64,000 nucleotides of DNA from a bacterium (GTDB taxonomy: Bacteria; Bacteroidota; Ignavibacteria; UBA10030). Positions 37,839 through 48,882 of this stretch are shown here, one piece after another (position 1 is the stretch's first letter; each line of letters starts with the position of its first letter). The notes beneath the pieces are model-generated. The model was given only the letters and a program-made list of their open reading frames with translations. It made no database searches and had not been told where the DNA came from. The stretch is taken from assembly GCA_043803945.1 (NCBI GenBank), contig JAZDJN010000038.1, forward strand, positions 1-64,000. The letters run 5' to 3'. The translations under genes were made by a program, and so were the position numbers.

Positions 37839-38831
37839 ATGTCACGACCTATTACATTATTTACCGGACAATGGGCAGACCTGCCTCTAACCACCCTGGC
37901 CGAAAAAGCAGCAGCGTGGGGCTACAATGGACTCGAACTCGCTTGCTGGGGGGATCACCTCGATGTTGACCGTGGAGCAGTTGATAAGGACTACTGCAAG
38001 CGTCAACTCGAAATCCTTCACATTCACAACCTGAAACTCTTTGCTATCAGTCATCATCTTGCCGGCCAACTGGTGTGCGACTTGAACAACGACAGCCGCT
38101 CGGATGGATTCGCACCATCTTCTTGTACCGGCGATGCACAGAAGAAGCGTGCATGGGCTGTGGAGACCATGAAGAATACAGCTCGAACGGCAAAGAACCT
38201 GGGCATCTCCATCGTAAATGGATTTACCGGCTCTTCCATCTGGCATTTGATCTACAGCTTCCCGCCTGTGACCGATGCAATGGTTGAGGAGGGGTATCAA
38301 TACTTTGCGAAAATGTGGAATCCCATCCTCGATGTGTTTGATGAATGCGGTGTTCGTTTCGGGCTTGAGGTTCATCCTACGGAGATCGCATTTGACATCG
38401 TGACAGCTCATCGTGCTCTTGAAGCGATCGGAAAGAGAAAAGCATTTGGCTTCAACTTCGACCCAAGCCACTTCCTCTGGCAATTGGTGGACCCGGTTCG
38501 GTTCATTGAAGAATTTCCTGATCGCATTTTCCATGTGCACATGAAAGACGCCGCCCTGCAGCTTGATGGGAGGAGCGGCATTCTCGGCTCTCATCTGAAT
38601 TTTGGTGTTCGCGGGCGCGGCTGGGATTTTCGTTCTCTTGGCCGCGGCTCGGTAAAATTTGAGGAGATTATTCGGGGGTTGAACCATATCAATTATACCG
38701 GACCTTTTTCTGTAGAGTGGGAAGATAGCGGTATGGAACGGGAGCATGGCGCGCGTGAAGCATGTGAGTATGTCCATAAAATTGATTTTCTGCCATCGAA
38801 GATTGCCTTCGATGGAGCCTTCGACAAGTAA
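37839..38831 (+). CDS. Sugar phosphate isomerase/epimerase (IolE/xylose-isomerase-like TIM barrel); candidate keto-glycoside lyase
   Basis: LFTGQWADL, LEVHPTEIA, NFDPSH, HVHMKD, SVEWED. Confidence 0.88.
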   Translation: MSRPITLFTGQWADLPLTTLAEKAAAWGYNGLELACWGDHLDVDRGAVDKDYCKRQLEILHIHNLKLFAISHHLAGQLVCDLNNDSRSDGFAPSSCTGDAQKKRAWAVETMKNTARTAKNLGISIVNGFTGSSIWHLIYSFPPVTDAMVEEGYQYFAKMWNPILDVFDECGVRFGLEVHPTEIAFDIVTAHRALEAIGKRKAFGFNFDPSHFLWQLVDPVRFIEEFPDRIFHVHMKDAALQLDGRSGILGSHLNFGVRGRGWDFRSLGRGSVKFEEIIRGLNHINYTGPFSVEWEDSGMEREHGAREACEYVHKIDFLPSKIAFDGAFDK

Positions 38832-38858
38832 TCGTCTCTGTCTACGAGGAGAGAACAG

Positions 38859-40177
38859 GTGAAGAACAATTCAAGAAAACACGCCGCGACTTTCTGAAAA
38901 AAGCGTCGGCGCTAACTCTCGGTGCCGTTGGATTCCCGATGATTATTCCCTCATCTGCGCTGGGACGTTCTGGTGCAATTCCGCCGAGCGACCGGATCGC
39001 TATCGGTTGTATCGGTGTCGGCGGCATGGGAACGGGCAATATGCAAAGCTTCCTCGAAAAGCCTGAAGCACAGATTGTTGCTGTGTGTGATGTGGACCGC
39101 GGCCACCGGAAGCAAGCGGTAAAAATTGTTGAAGAGAAGAGCGGTAAAAAAGGGTGTGCAGAGTATAATGACTTCCGTGAACTTCTGGCAAGAACTGATC
39201 TGCATGTGATAAGCCTGGCAACCCCTGATCACTGGCATGCGCTGATTGCAGTGGCGGCGGCACAAAAGGGTCTCGATGTCTATGGAGAGAAACCGCTTGG
39301 ATATACGATTGCAGAAGGACGTGCGATTGTCAATGCAGTCGAACGATACGGATTGGTGTGGCAGACTGGAAGCTGGCAGCGCTCACAACGAAATTTTCGG
39401 TACGCATGCGAGTTGGTCCGGAATGGCAGGATCGGAAAAATCCACACCGTACGCGTCGGACTTCCTTACGGCCACAGCATCTCCGATCAGGGAGGATATA
39501 GTCCGGCTCAGGTACCGGATGGATTCGATTACGAAATGTGGCTCGGTCCGGCTCCACATGTCCCATACTGCCCCAACCGCTGCCATTGGAATTTCCGTTG
39601 GATCAGTGATTATTCCGGAGGACAATTAACCGACTGGGCTGGGCATCACATCGATATCGCTCAGTGGGGAATGAATACCGAACTTACGAGCCCAGTCGAG
39701 ATTGAAGGTGTTGCAGCGTTTCCTAACGCCAAGGATGGCCTCTTCGATACTGCAGTTGGTTACCGCTTTACCTGTAAATACAACGAGGGCTTCACAATGA
39801 TTGTAGCCGATAAAACACAACAGCCGAAGGGAATGGGAGTTCAATTCGAGGGTTCGGATGGCTGGATCTGGGTCGACAGGAGCGGCATCAATGCTTCAGA
39901 TAAAAGTCTTCTTACTTCAGTGATTGGGCCGAATGAAATTCATCTTTATAATAGTGAAGATCACCATCAGAACTTCCTGGATTGCGTTAAGAGTCGTGCG
40001 GAAACGATCACGCCGGCAAAGATCGCTCATCGCTCAATTATGGTCGGGCACCTTGGCTTGATTGCAATGAAACTGGGCCGTAAAGTTTCATGGGATCCCA
40101 AGGCGGAGCGATTCAATAACGATCCGGAAGCCGACAGATTTTTATCCCGGCCGATGCGAAGCCCCTGGCATCTATGA
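38859..40177 (+). CDS. Gfo/Idh/MocA oxidoreductase; Tat signal in frame with the body but out of frame with the RBS-linked GTG at 38859
   Basis: TRRDFLKK at 38879 in the frame of ATG 38939; IGVGGMG, TPDHWH, EKP, QTGSWQRS, WLGPAP. Confidence 0.8.
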
Positions 40178-41502
40178 TCGGGAAAAGCAGGAATATCGCA
40201 AGGGGCCGGCGTACATTTCTGAAGAAAGCTGCTGCTGCCACAATCGGAACGATTGGATTTCCTCTCTTCATTCCATCAACTGCTCTTGGCCGCTTAGGTG
40301 CCGTTCCGCCAAGCGACCGGATCGCTATCGGTTGTATTGGTGTCGGTGGAATGGGAATGTCGAACCTGAATAGTTTTCTCGGAAAACCCGATGCAGAGAT
40401 TGTCGCAATATGCGATGTGGATAGGAATCATCGTGAGAAAGCCAGGGCAACCATTCAGGAGAAGTCGGGGAAGAAGGGTTGTGTATCGTACAATGATTTT
40501 CGGGAATTGATTGCACGAGATGATCTCGAGGCAGTGAGTATCGCGACTCCCGATCACTGGCATGCATTGATCGCCATCGCTGCTGCAAAAAAAGGATTGG
40601 ATATCTACTGTGAGAAACCGGTTTCCTATTCTATTGCCGAAGGCCGTGCGATGGCCGATGCAGTTGGCCGTTATGGTGTGATCTTTCAAACTGGCAGTTG
40701 GCAGCGCTCGGTGAGGAACTTCCGCTATGCATGTGAACTGGTTAGAAACGGCAGGATCGGAAAAGTCCATACTGTTCGTGTCGGCCTACCCTATGGCTTG
40801 AGTATTGCCGATCAGGGTGGGAATCAGATCGCTCCTGTTCCCCAGGGATTCGATTATGATCTCTGGTTAGGCCCTGCCCCGTTTGTTCCCTACGTTCCAA
40901 ACCGGTGCCATTATAACTTTCGATGGAATACCGATTACTCCGGCGGACACATTACCGATTGGGGTGCGCATCATTGCGACATAGCTCAGTGGGGAATGGG
41001 AACAGAGCACACCGGACCGGTGGCAGTGGAGGGTACAGCAACATTTCCGAACGGTGAGGAGGGACTGTTCAATACTCCAACCAGCTTCAGGTTTCTCTGT
41101 ACTTATAATGAAGGATTTACATTGATTGTGGCGGATGAACGTCAGCAGCCGAAAGGAATGGGAGTGCAATTTGAAGGAACCGAGGGATGGCTCTGGATTG
41201 ACCGAAGCGGATTGGATGCTTCGAATAAATCAGTCTTGAAATCTGTGATACGTAGCAATGAAATTCATTTGATGAAAAGTATTGACCACCATCAAAATTT
41301 TCTTGATTGTATAAGAACACGGTCGGCGACGATTACTCCTGCCGAACTCGCTCATCGCTCGATCACCGTTTGTCATCTTGGCTCTATTGCATTGAGACTG
41401 GGTCGGAAAGTTTCCTGGGATCCTCAGCGTGAACAGTTCGTGAACGATCCGGAAGCTCAACGGTTGTTATCCCGGCCGATGAGAAGTCCCTGGTCGATAT
41501 AA
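40174..41502 (+). CDS. Tat-exported Gfo/Idh/MocA oxidoreductase (tandem paralog of the previous gene)
   Basis: GRRTFLKK; same motifs. Confidence 0.92.
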   Translation: MIGKSRNIARGRRTFLKKAAAATIGTIGFPLFIPSTALGRLGAVPPSDRIAIGCIGVGGMGMSNLNSFLGKPDAEIVAICDVDRNHREKARATIQEKSGKKGCVSYNDFRELIARDDLEAVSIATPDHWHALIAIAAAKKGLDIYCEKPVSYSIAEGRAMADAVGRYGVIFQTGSWQRSVRNFRYACELVRNGRIGKVHTVRVGLPYGLSIADQGGNQIAPVPQGFDYDLWLGPAPFVPYVPNRCHYNFRWNTDYSGGHITDWGAHHCDIAQWGMGTEHTGPVAVEGTATFPNGEEGLFNTPTSFRFLCTYNEGFTLIVADERQQPKGMGVQFEGTEGWLWIDRSGLDASNKSVLKSVIRSNEIHLMKSIDHHQNFLDCIRTRSATITPAELAHRSITVCHLGSIALRLGRKVSWDPQREQFVNDPEAQRLLSRPMRSPWSI

Positions 41503-41531
41503 AATGATTTGAACCTGTAAAGGAACGACTT

Positions 41532-44078
41532 ATGAAACATCGGGTATCAGTATCGTTGTTCACAATTCTTATTGTTTCCATAACGCTGAGTGTTCATGCT
41601 CTTGCTCAGCCTTCCGATCAGAGCATCCTGACCACACTGCTGAAGCAAATTGCCTCATATCACTATGGCGAAAGCCGGAAACCCATGATTGACCTCGATG
41701 AGTTCATCCGGAAAATCTCCAATCTGCCGGAGGAGCGGCAAAAGATCATAAATCAATTCCAGGAATTCCTCCGCAGCGATGCCACGGTCGATGGGAAACA
41801 ATTCATCTGTTCGCGACTTGCTCTCTTTGGAAGCGACACCTCTGTACCGCTTTTCGTCTCAATGCTTACTAATGACTTGACAACCGATATGGCGTTGTCC
41901 GCTCTCGAGACTATGCAAAGTGCGAAGGCAGATGAAGCTCTTCTTCAAGCATTACCCTCTTCCAGTGGCCGAGTAACAATTGGTATTCTTAGTGCACTCT
42001 CGAATCATAGAGTACGGAAGGCAATTCCTTCAATCCGGCCATTCCTCCAGCATCAGGATCAATCCATTGCAGCCGCAGCCATCTCGGCGATTGGACATAT
42101 CGGTACTCTGGTCTCCCTGGAGTTGTTAAAAGAATTTTCTCAGAATGTGAAGCCTGAAATGCGGGAGCATCTTTTCGATGCAATGCTGATCACAGCCGGC
42201 CATCTGATGAACGAAAGGATGAAGGAGTTATCGCACTCGATATACACGGAATTAAGCAGCGGCGAGCATCCTCTGCCGATCCGATCAGCAGCATTGCGAG
42301 GCATGATCCTTACCGATCCAGGTATTGCTTCATCATTAATTAGTGCAACACTCAAAGGTAAGGAGTCCGGTCTCCATTCCGCTGCGGTTCAACTGGTTCG
42401 GGAATTAACCGACATTGGGCAAATTCGCGAAATTGCAAAGACGTTTCCCGATCTTCCTGCTGCAGGACAGGTACAATTGCTTACGGCATTTTCCCATCAT
42501 CGCGATGCCGAGGTTGTAAAAACCGTTGTGGGAGCATTAGGAAGTAAACAGGCCGAAGTTCGTACGGCTGCACTGAGAACGCTGGGATCCAATGGAGATG
42601 CTTCAGTTGTACCGCTCCTCGCGGCGGCCGCCACAGCCAAAGGTTTTGAACAAAAGGAGGCGAGAATAAGTCTCGTCCAACTTAACGCTCCCGGTGTCGA
42701 GGAGGCCATCGTTCGGGAAATGACTCGCACTACCGGAGCGGTAAAAGGAGAGTTAGTAAAGGCCGTTGGCGAGCGGAAAATTATCTCTGCCCTGCCTCTT
42801 GTGTTGCAATCTGCACGAGACAATTCCATGCCGGTTCGCATCGAATGTATCAAAGTGCTTCGCTCTCTGGCAACCGCCGATCAACTGCCGCCAATCGTTG
42901 AGTTACTTGTGCTGTCAAACAATGAACGTGAAGAACAGGAGCTGCAAAACGCCATCATTGCGATAGCTAAACGTATTGCCAATCCTGCGGTTCGGGATGC
43001 AGCGGTACTTGCCGAGTATCTTCCTCTGAAAAAGGAGGTGAAGCGCGCATCATTTATTAAAGTACTGGGAAAGATCGGTGCTCCGGCGTCGTTGGCTCCC
43101 TTGCGCTCGGCGCTGGAAGAAAAGAATTTTTTGTTGCGGCTCGCGGCGATCCGTGCACTTTCCGAATGGCCGACAGCGGCAGCATTTGCCGATCTCTGGA
43201 AAATAGCTACCGCGACAAAAGAGCCAACCGCAAAAACTCTTTCCCTGCGAGGCGCCGTTGCTCTGATTGGATTGGATGCAAACCGCACGGGCGACGAACT
43301 CACAAAAATCTATCGTGAAGCAATGGCCATTGCTCCGAATAAAGAGGAGCAAAAATATCTGCTTTCCCTCATCGGACAGGCACAATCAGTGGCGGCGTTC
43401 CAACTGGCGTCGAGCTACGTGAAGGATACGAATCTCAAAAGTGAAGCCGCTGTTGCTGCGGTTGCCATCGGTGAAGCAATTGCAGGGACAGCGAGCTCTG
43501 ATCTTAAAGCCGGTTTGACCCAGGTGATTGCATCTTCAGCAAGTGACTCAGTAAAAAACCGTGCAAAAAAAATATTCAAGAATATCGAGCGGCTCGAAGA
43601 TCATATCACAGACTGGGAGTATGCCGGTCCATACTCAAAAAAGGATGCCTCATTGTTCAAGGAACCGTTTGCACCGGAGGGACCTGATGCTGCAGCAGTG
43701 GTATGGAAGCTCTTCAAGAGTATGACGGATTCCTCTCGACTCTGGCGGCTTGAGTTCGATAAAGTGTTCAAGGAAGATAATCAGGTGGTCTACATTCGTA
43801 CAAATGTTTGGTCGCCGATGGAACAGCCGGCACGATTGGAACTGGGGAGCGATGAAGGTGTAAAGGCATGGCTTAACAGTGCCATGGTTCATGAAAAAGA
43901 AGCTTCACGCACCGTGTCACCTGGCGACGATATTGTTATGGTAACATTGAAGCAGGGATGGAATGTCTTGATGATGAAAATTAACAATGGAGGCGGAAGC
44001 TGGGGTGCCTGTGCTCGTTTCCGCTTACCCGATGGGAAAAAGTTGGATGGCCTTCGAATCTCAATAAACACAAATTGA
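41532..44078 (+). CDS. Secreted HEAT-repeat protein with C-terminal beta-sandwich domain
   Basis: Signal; many HEAT repeats; DWEYAGPY...LGSDEGVKAWLN...LKQGWN. Confidence 0.8.
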   Translation: MKHRVSVSLFTILIVSITLSVHALAQPSDQSILTTLLKQIASYHYGESRKPMIDLDEFIRKISNLPEERQKIINQFQEFLRSDATVDGKQFICSRLALFGSDTSVPLFVSMLTNDLTTDMALSALETMQSAKADEALLQALPSSSGRVTIGILSALSNHRVRKAIPSIRPFLQHQDQSIAAAAISAIGHIGTLVSLELLKEFSQNVKPEMREHLFDAMLITAGHLMNERMKELSHSIYTELSSGEHPLPIRSAALRGMILTDPGIASSLISATLKGKESGLHSAAVQLVRELTDIGQIREIAKTFPDLPAAGQVQLLTAFSHHRDAEVVKTVVGALGSKQAEVRTAALRTLGSNGDASVVPLLAAAATAKGFEQKEARISLVQLNAPGVEEAIVREMTRTTGAVKGELVKAVGERKIISALPLVLQSARDNSMPVRIECIKVLRSLATADQLPPIVELLVLSNNEREEQELQNAIIAIAKRIANPAVRDAAVLAEYLPLKKEVKRASFIKVLGKIGAPASLAPLRSALEEKNFLLRLAAIRALSEWPTAAAFADLWKIATATKEPTAKTLSLRGAVALIGLDANRTGDELTKIYREAMAIAPNKEEQKYLLSLIGQAQSVAAFQLASSYVKDTNLKSEAAVAAVAIGEAIAGTASSDLKAGLTQVIASSASDSVKNRAKKIFKNIERLEDHITDWEYAGPYSKKDASLFKEPFAPEGPDAAAVVWKLFKSMTDSSRLWRLEFDKVFKEDNQVVYIRTNVWSPMEQPARLELGSDEGVKAWLNSAMVHEKEASRTVSPGDDIVMVTLKQGWNVLMMKINNGGGSWGACARFRLPDGKKLDGLRISINTN

Positions 44079-44093
44079 TGCAAAGGGATCCTT

Positions 44094-45155
44094 ATGAAGA
44101 ATTCATCACTGTTGTTCTCGTGTCTCATCGTCGTTCTCGGATTGCTTCTCTCTTCCTGTGCTCCGTCTGCTTCAGTCATCAAATCTGACACTGGATCTCC
44201 TGATCCGGTAATGGGTGACTGGCAGGGTCACATCGTTGGATACACCGGATTTGTAGAGCCGATCGTCCTCCAGGCTATCGCCCTGGGCGGTGACCGTTAT
44301 AGATTCAATGTGGGTAGCAAATTTGATACGCGCGAAACAGGCTTCTTCAATAATATGTCATTCGAAGTATTGAAAGCTGGTGCACACTTTATTCCTGCCG
44401 ATAGCGCAGCATCCAAGGAGGAAAAGGATGCATTTCTCATGGTTATGGATGATGGTGTCATTTCCGGTAAGACGGCAATGAAAGAGGCAGTTTCATTTTT
44501 AGCAAGGAAAGTGACCCGGCTCTCACCAAACCTCAAGGCGAAACCGCCTGCTGGAGCAATAGTCCTCTTCGATGGTACCTCGCTTGACGCGTGGGAATCC
44601 CGTGATGTGAAGAAGAAGGGAACACCCGCTGCTTGGAAACTAACGCAAGGGGCAATGGAAGTTATGCCAGGCACAGGAGATATTGTCACAAAACAGAAGT
44701 TCACCGATTTCCGGCTCCATGTGGAATTCCGAAGTCCATTTATGCCGGAAGCGAAGGGACAAGCACGCGGAAACAGCGGAGTCTATTTACAGGGACGCTA
44801 TGAAGTCCAGGTGCTCGATAGTTACGGACTCAGCGGAGAAGATAATGAATGCGGCGGCATTTATAAGGTCGCGAAACCCCGCGTGAATATGTGTGCTCCG
44901 CCAATGCAGTGGCAATCATACGATATCACATTCCATGCTCCCCGGTTTGATAAGGATGGAAAGAAAATAAAAGATGCGCTTCTAACGGTGAGCCATAATG
45001 GTGTGAGTATCCATGAAGATCTCACGATTCCCGGACTAACCGGCGGTGCCGTTGATGACGATGTGAAACTTCCGGGAGGAATTCTCTTTCAGGATCATGG
45101 CAACCTGGTCCAGTACAGAAATATTTGGCTTGTTGAATTGAAGAATTCGCGCTAA
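44094..45155 (+). CDS. DUF1080 (3-keto-disaccharide hydrolase-like) lipoprotein
   Basis: Lipobox LSSC; LFDGTSL..W, GNSGVY, YEVQVLDS, QDHGN.V.YRNIW. Confidence 0.9.
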   Translation: MKNSSLLFSCLIVVLGLLLSSCAPSASVIKSDTGSPDPVMGDWQGHIVGYTGFVEPIVLQAIALGGDRYRFNVGSKFDTRETGFFNNMSFEVLKAGAHFIPADSAASKEEKDAFLMVMDDGVISGKTAMKEAVSFLARKVTRLSPNLKAKPPAGAIVLFDGTSLDAWESRDVKKKGTPAAWKLTQGAMEVMPGTGDIVTKQKFTDFRLHVEFRSPFMPEAKGQARGNSGVYLQGRYEVQVLDSYGLSGEDNECGGIYKVAKPRVNMCAPPMQWQSYDITFHAPRFDKDGKKIKDALLTVSHNGVSIHEDLTIPGLTGGAVDDDVKLPGGILFQDHGNLVQYRNIWLVELKNSR

Positions 45156-45163
45156 AACCATTT

Positions 45164-45261
45164 GCCACGAAGTCACAAAGACACGAAGGTACACGAAAAC
45201 ATTGTAAGTTTTATAAAATATCATTGTTCATATACTCTTTGTACCCTGATGTCTTTGTGGC
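45164..45261. repeat. Long-spacer inverted repeat (ccacgaag/ccacaaag family)
   Basis: gccacgaagtcacaaagacacgaagg ... gtaccctgatgtctttgtggc. Confidence 0.8.
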
Positions 45262-45304
45262 TATTGTTGCTCAGTGAGTATTAGAGAAAGAAGACAAGAA
45301 AATT

Positions 45305-46372
45305 GTGAAAAGCGTACGAGCTGTTGTCGTTGGCTGTGGAACTATGGGTTCATCTCATGCTCGTGCGTATGCAGGAAATGAAGGATTTGAACTCGTTGGC
45401 CTTGTCGATCGCTCGGCAGAGAAAGCAGAATCCTTATCGAAGGAGTTGGGAAATGTTCCCGTGTTTCCTTCGCTGGATGAGGCAATCAAAGCAGCGCATC
45501 CGGATGCCGCTGCCATCTGTACGTATCCGGAAACGCATTTTGTATTGACCCATCAATCGATCATGGCAGGGCTCCATGTGTTTGTGGAAAAGCCAATCGC
45601 TGCAACGGTGCAGGAGGCAACTGCAATTGCCCGACTGGCTGCAGAAAAGAACAGGAAAGTAGTTGTGGGATACATTCTCCGGCATCACCCGGTGTGGCAG
45701 CGCTTCATCGAAGAGGCACGACAACTGGGCAAACCGCTCGTGATGAGAATGAATTTAAATCAGCAAAGCAGCGGCTCCGCATGGGAAGTCCATAAAAACC
45801 TCATGCGGTCCATGTCTCCCATTGTCGATTGCGGAGTCCACTATGTCGATGTCATGTGCCAGATGACGCGGTCACAGCCGGTTCGCGTGCAGGCAATCGG
45901 AGCGCGTTTGACGGAAGAGATCGATAATGCCATGTACAATTATGGACATCTCCATGTCGTCTTCGAAGATGGATCCGTCGGTTGGTATGAAGCCGGCTGG
46001 GGACCGATGATGAGCGAGGTTGCCTTCTTCGTCAAGGATGTCATCGGCCCTCGCGGGTGTGTGAGCATTGCCGAACGGCAGGCGGTACAAGGCGGTGACT
46101 CCTCAGACATCGATTCGCATACCAAGACCAGCAGTCTCGTCAAGCATGACGCTGCAACAATGCAGAATACACGAATCGATACCAGTGATGAGCCTGGCCA
46201 TCAGGAATTGTGCAACCGGGAGCAGATGCACTTTCTGCACGCCATCCAGGAGAATTTAGATCTCACCGACCATCTCAGCGATGCCGTGAATAGTCTGCGT
46301 ATCGTGCTTGCTGCCGATGAATCCGTACGAACAGGAACGATAGTCCATCTTACAGAACGAGGATCACTATGA
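45305..46372 (+). CDS. Gfo/Idh/MocA oxidoreductase (cytoplasmic)
   Basis: GCGTMG.SH, EKP, VGYILRHHP, DCGVHY. Confidence 0.9.
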   Translation: MKSVRAVVVGCGTMGSSHARAYAGNEGFELVGLVDRSAEKAESLSKELGNVPVFPSLDEAIKAAHPDAAAICTYPETHFVLTHQSIMAGLHVFVEKPIAATVQEATAIARLAAEKNRKVVVGYILRHHPVWQRFIEEARQLGKPLVMRMNLNQQSSGSAWEVHKNLMRSMSPIVDCGVHYVDVMCQMTRSQPVRVQAIGARLTEEIDNAMYNYGHLHVVFEDGSVGWYEAGWGPMMSEVAFFVKDVIGPRGCVSIAERQAVQGGDSSDIDSHTKTSSLVKHDAATMQNTRIDTSDEPGHQELCNREQMHFLHAIQENLDLTDHLSDAVNSLRIVLAADESVRTGTIVHLTERGSL

Positions 46373-47595
46373 AAAAATCGATTTATTTTCAGCTCAGCGG
46401 AATGATGTTTCTGGAATTCTTCGTCTGGGGCGCATGGTATGTGACCGTGGGGAATTACATGAGCAAGATTGGAATGACGGATGTCATTTACTGGGCGTAC
46501 ACCGTCGGGCCAATCGGTGCCATCATTTCCCCCTTCTTTCTCGGAATGGTTGCCGATCGATTTTTCTCGACGGAAAAAGTACTCGGTGTACTGCATCTCA
46601 TCGGCGGTGTAGCGATCTTTCTCGCACCCCTGGCAGCCGATGCCGGAGCGGCTGGATGGTTTATTGCCCTTCTGCTCATTCACATGATTTGCTATATGCC
46701 GACGGTCGGACTTGCAAATGCCCTTGCTTTCCACCATATGACCGAGCAGGAAAAATATTTTCCCATCATCCGTGTCTTTGGTACAATTGGATGGATCGTT
46801 GCCGGAATTCTCGTCAGTGCTGTGCTCGGTGCCGATGAAACAAGCTTGCCGCTTCGCATCGCCGGGATAGCCGGAATGATTCTTGGCGGCTACGCATTCA
46901 CACTTCCACACACGCCTCCATCGGCAAAAGAACAGGTCACAATTCGCAAGGTACTTGGATTGGATGCGCTTGCTCAGTTGAAGAGCCGCTCGTTCCTGGT
47001 CTTCATCATCAGTTCATTCCTCATCTGTATTCCGCTCTCGGCATATTATGCTTACGCTCCAGTCTTCGTCAATTTCAATCAGATCGAGAGCCCCGGCTTT
47101 AAAATGACCTTTGGCCAGATGTCCGAAACGCTCTTCATTGTCCTGCTGCCGCTCTTTTTCCGGTTTATGAAAATTAAATGGATCCTGCTTGTGGGTATGT
47201 TCGCCTGGGTTCTGCGGTATGTACTCTTTGCCCTTGCTGCTCCGTCAGCAATATTCTGGATGATCATGGGCGGCATTCTTCTCCACGGCATTTGTTACGA
47301 TTTCTTTTTTGTGGCAGGACAGATTTATGTCGACAAGATTTCAACACGGGAAATTCGCGGACAGGCACAGGGATTTCTCGTACTCATGACCTATGGTGCC
47401 GGGATGCTGATTGGTGCACAGATTTCCGGCTGGCTGTATAATGGGATTGTGACTGCAACTGGTCCCGAGGCAGCTCAGCAATGGCAAACCTTCTGGAGTA
47501 TACCAGCAGCTCTTGCCGGAATCATCTTGATTGTCTTTGGATTGTTTTTTAACAATAAAAAAGAGACTGTTTCTGAAACCATAATATCATCATAG
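46369..47595 (+). CDS. MFS nucleoside:H+ symporter-like permease
   Basis: MMFLEFFVWGAW, ADRFF, IRVFGTIGWI, GQMSE, LHGICYDFFF. Confidence 0.9.
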   Translation: MKKSIYFQLSGMMFLEFFVWGAWYVTVGNYMSKIGMTDVIYWAYTVGPIGAIISPFFLGMVADRFFSTEKVLGVLHLIGGVAIFLAPLAADAGAAGWFIALLLIHMICYMPTVGLANALAFHHMTEQEKYFPIIRVFGTIGWIVAGILVSAVLGADETSLPLRIAGIAGMILGGYAFTLPHTPPSAKEQVTIRKVLGLDALAQLKSRSFLVFIISSFLICIPLSAYYAYAPVFVNFNQIESPGFKMTFGQMSETLFIVLLPLFFRFMKIKWILLVGMFAWVLRYVLFALAAPSAIFWMIMGGILLHGICYDFFFVAGQIYVDKISTREIRGQAQGFLVLMTYGAGMLIGAQISGWLYNGIVTATGPEAAQQWQTFWSIPAALAGIILIVFGLFFNNKKETVSETIISS

Positions 47596-47606
47596 AGAGG
47601 GTATCG

Positions 47607-48866
47607 ATGGAACTCACTCGTCGAAAGTTCATTACTACATCTCTGGCTGCCGGAGTATTCACCATCGTGCCGCGGCGCGTTCTTGGTGGTGCTGGCTATA
47701 CTGCCCCGAGCGATGAATTAGCCAAAGCCGTTATTGGTGTCGGAGGTATGGGACATTGGCATCTTGGGAAAACTGGGGAACGATTACTTGCCGTCTGCGA
47801 TGTAGACGAAGATCATATGAAGGAAGGAATGGAGATCGGCGGGCCCGATGTCAAAGGCTATCGCGATTTCCGTGAAGTGCTCGAACGGAAAGATATCGAT
47901 GTTGTCCATATTGCGACTCCGCCGCACTGGCATGGCCTCATTGCAATCGCTGCGGCGAAGGCAGGGAAGGATATCTGGTGCGAGAAACCGATGACCCGCA
48001 CGATCGCTGAAGGAGAAAAAGTGGTCGAAGCGGTGAACACCTACGGGCGGATGTTCCGCATCAACACCTGGTGGCGGTATACCTCGGATCAATTTTACGG
48101 CAGCGGTGCCTCAGCGCGAGAATTCAGACGCGTGACACAAAGCGGCCTTCTCGGCTGGCCCCTGACCGTCACGATAGCGGCACAGACAGGATTCGACTGG
48201 AAGTTTTACTGGAGCGGCAAGACCGACCTGATCCCTCAGTGGATTCCACCGCAACTGGATTATGATTTCTGGCTTGGTCCTGCTCCATATAAGCCTTACC
48301 ATCAACATCGTGTTCACGAGACATTCCGTGGTTACTGGGATTATGATGGTGGAGGACTCGGAGATATGGGGCAACATTATCTCGATGGCACGCAATACCT
48401 GCTCGGAAAAGATGAGGAAAGCCCTGTCGAAGTTGAGGTTGATGCTCCCCCTCAGCATCCTGAGGCGGCTGCCTTCTTCCGAACCATTGTCCTCAAGTAC
48501 GCCGATGGCTGCAAGATCGTACTCGAGGCGAGGGAAGAAAAACAGGATGTTCCCTTCATTGAGGGACCGAACGGCAAACTCTACAAAGGATTCAAGTGTA
48601 CTATTCCCAAATTCAAGGAGAAGCTTGCATCGTTCCCCGAAGCGGAACCGCAAATCAGTGATTTCAATGTTGCTGTTCGAACGAGAAAGCGGTTTGCTTT
48701 GAATGAACTCAACGGCCATCGTTCATCGACAATTGTGAACCTTGCTAAAATTGCTTGGCAGTTGAATCGCGGAATCAAATTTGATCCGGCAACCCAGCGA
48801 TGCAACAATGACGAGCAGGCAAACCGGCTGATCAATCCACCCATGCGCGCCCCGTGGCACTTATAA
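47607..48866 (+). CDS. Tat-exported Gfo/Idh/MocA oxidoreductase
   Basis: TRRKFI; TPPHWH, CEKP, WLGPAP, GDMGQH. Confidence 0.92.
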   Translation: MELTRRKFITTSLAAGVFTIVPRRVLGGAGYTAPSDELAKAVIGVGGMGHWHLGKTGERLLAVCDVDEDHMKEGMEIGGPDVKGYRDFREVLERKDIDVVHIATPPHWHGLIAIAAAKAGKDIWCEKPMTRTIAEGEKVVEAVNTYGRMFRINTWWRYTSDQFYGSGASAREFRRVTQSGLLGWPLTVTIAAQTGFDWKFYWSGKTDLIPQWIPPQLDYDFWLGPAPYKPYHQHRVHETFRGYWDYDGGGLGDMGQHYLDGTQYLLGKDEESPVEVEVDAPPQHPEAAAFFRTIVLKYADGCKIVLEAREEKQDVPFIEGPNGKLYKGFKCTIPKFKEKLASFPEAEPQISDFNVAVRTRKRFALNELNGHRSSTIVNLAKIAWQLNRGIKFDPATQRCNNDEQANRLINPPMRAPWHL

Positions 48867-48882
48867 GAGGAGAATACCAGCC

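Noticed and set aside
37887-38777. Long antisense ORFs (also 23817-24674, 46201-46911, 50872-51621, 33415-33915)
   Set aside because: Shadows of well-supported genes on the opposite strand, with no recognisable motifs
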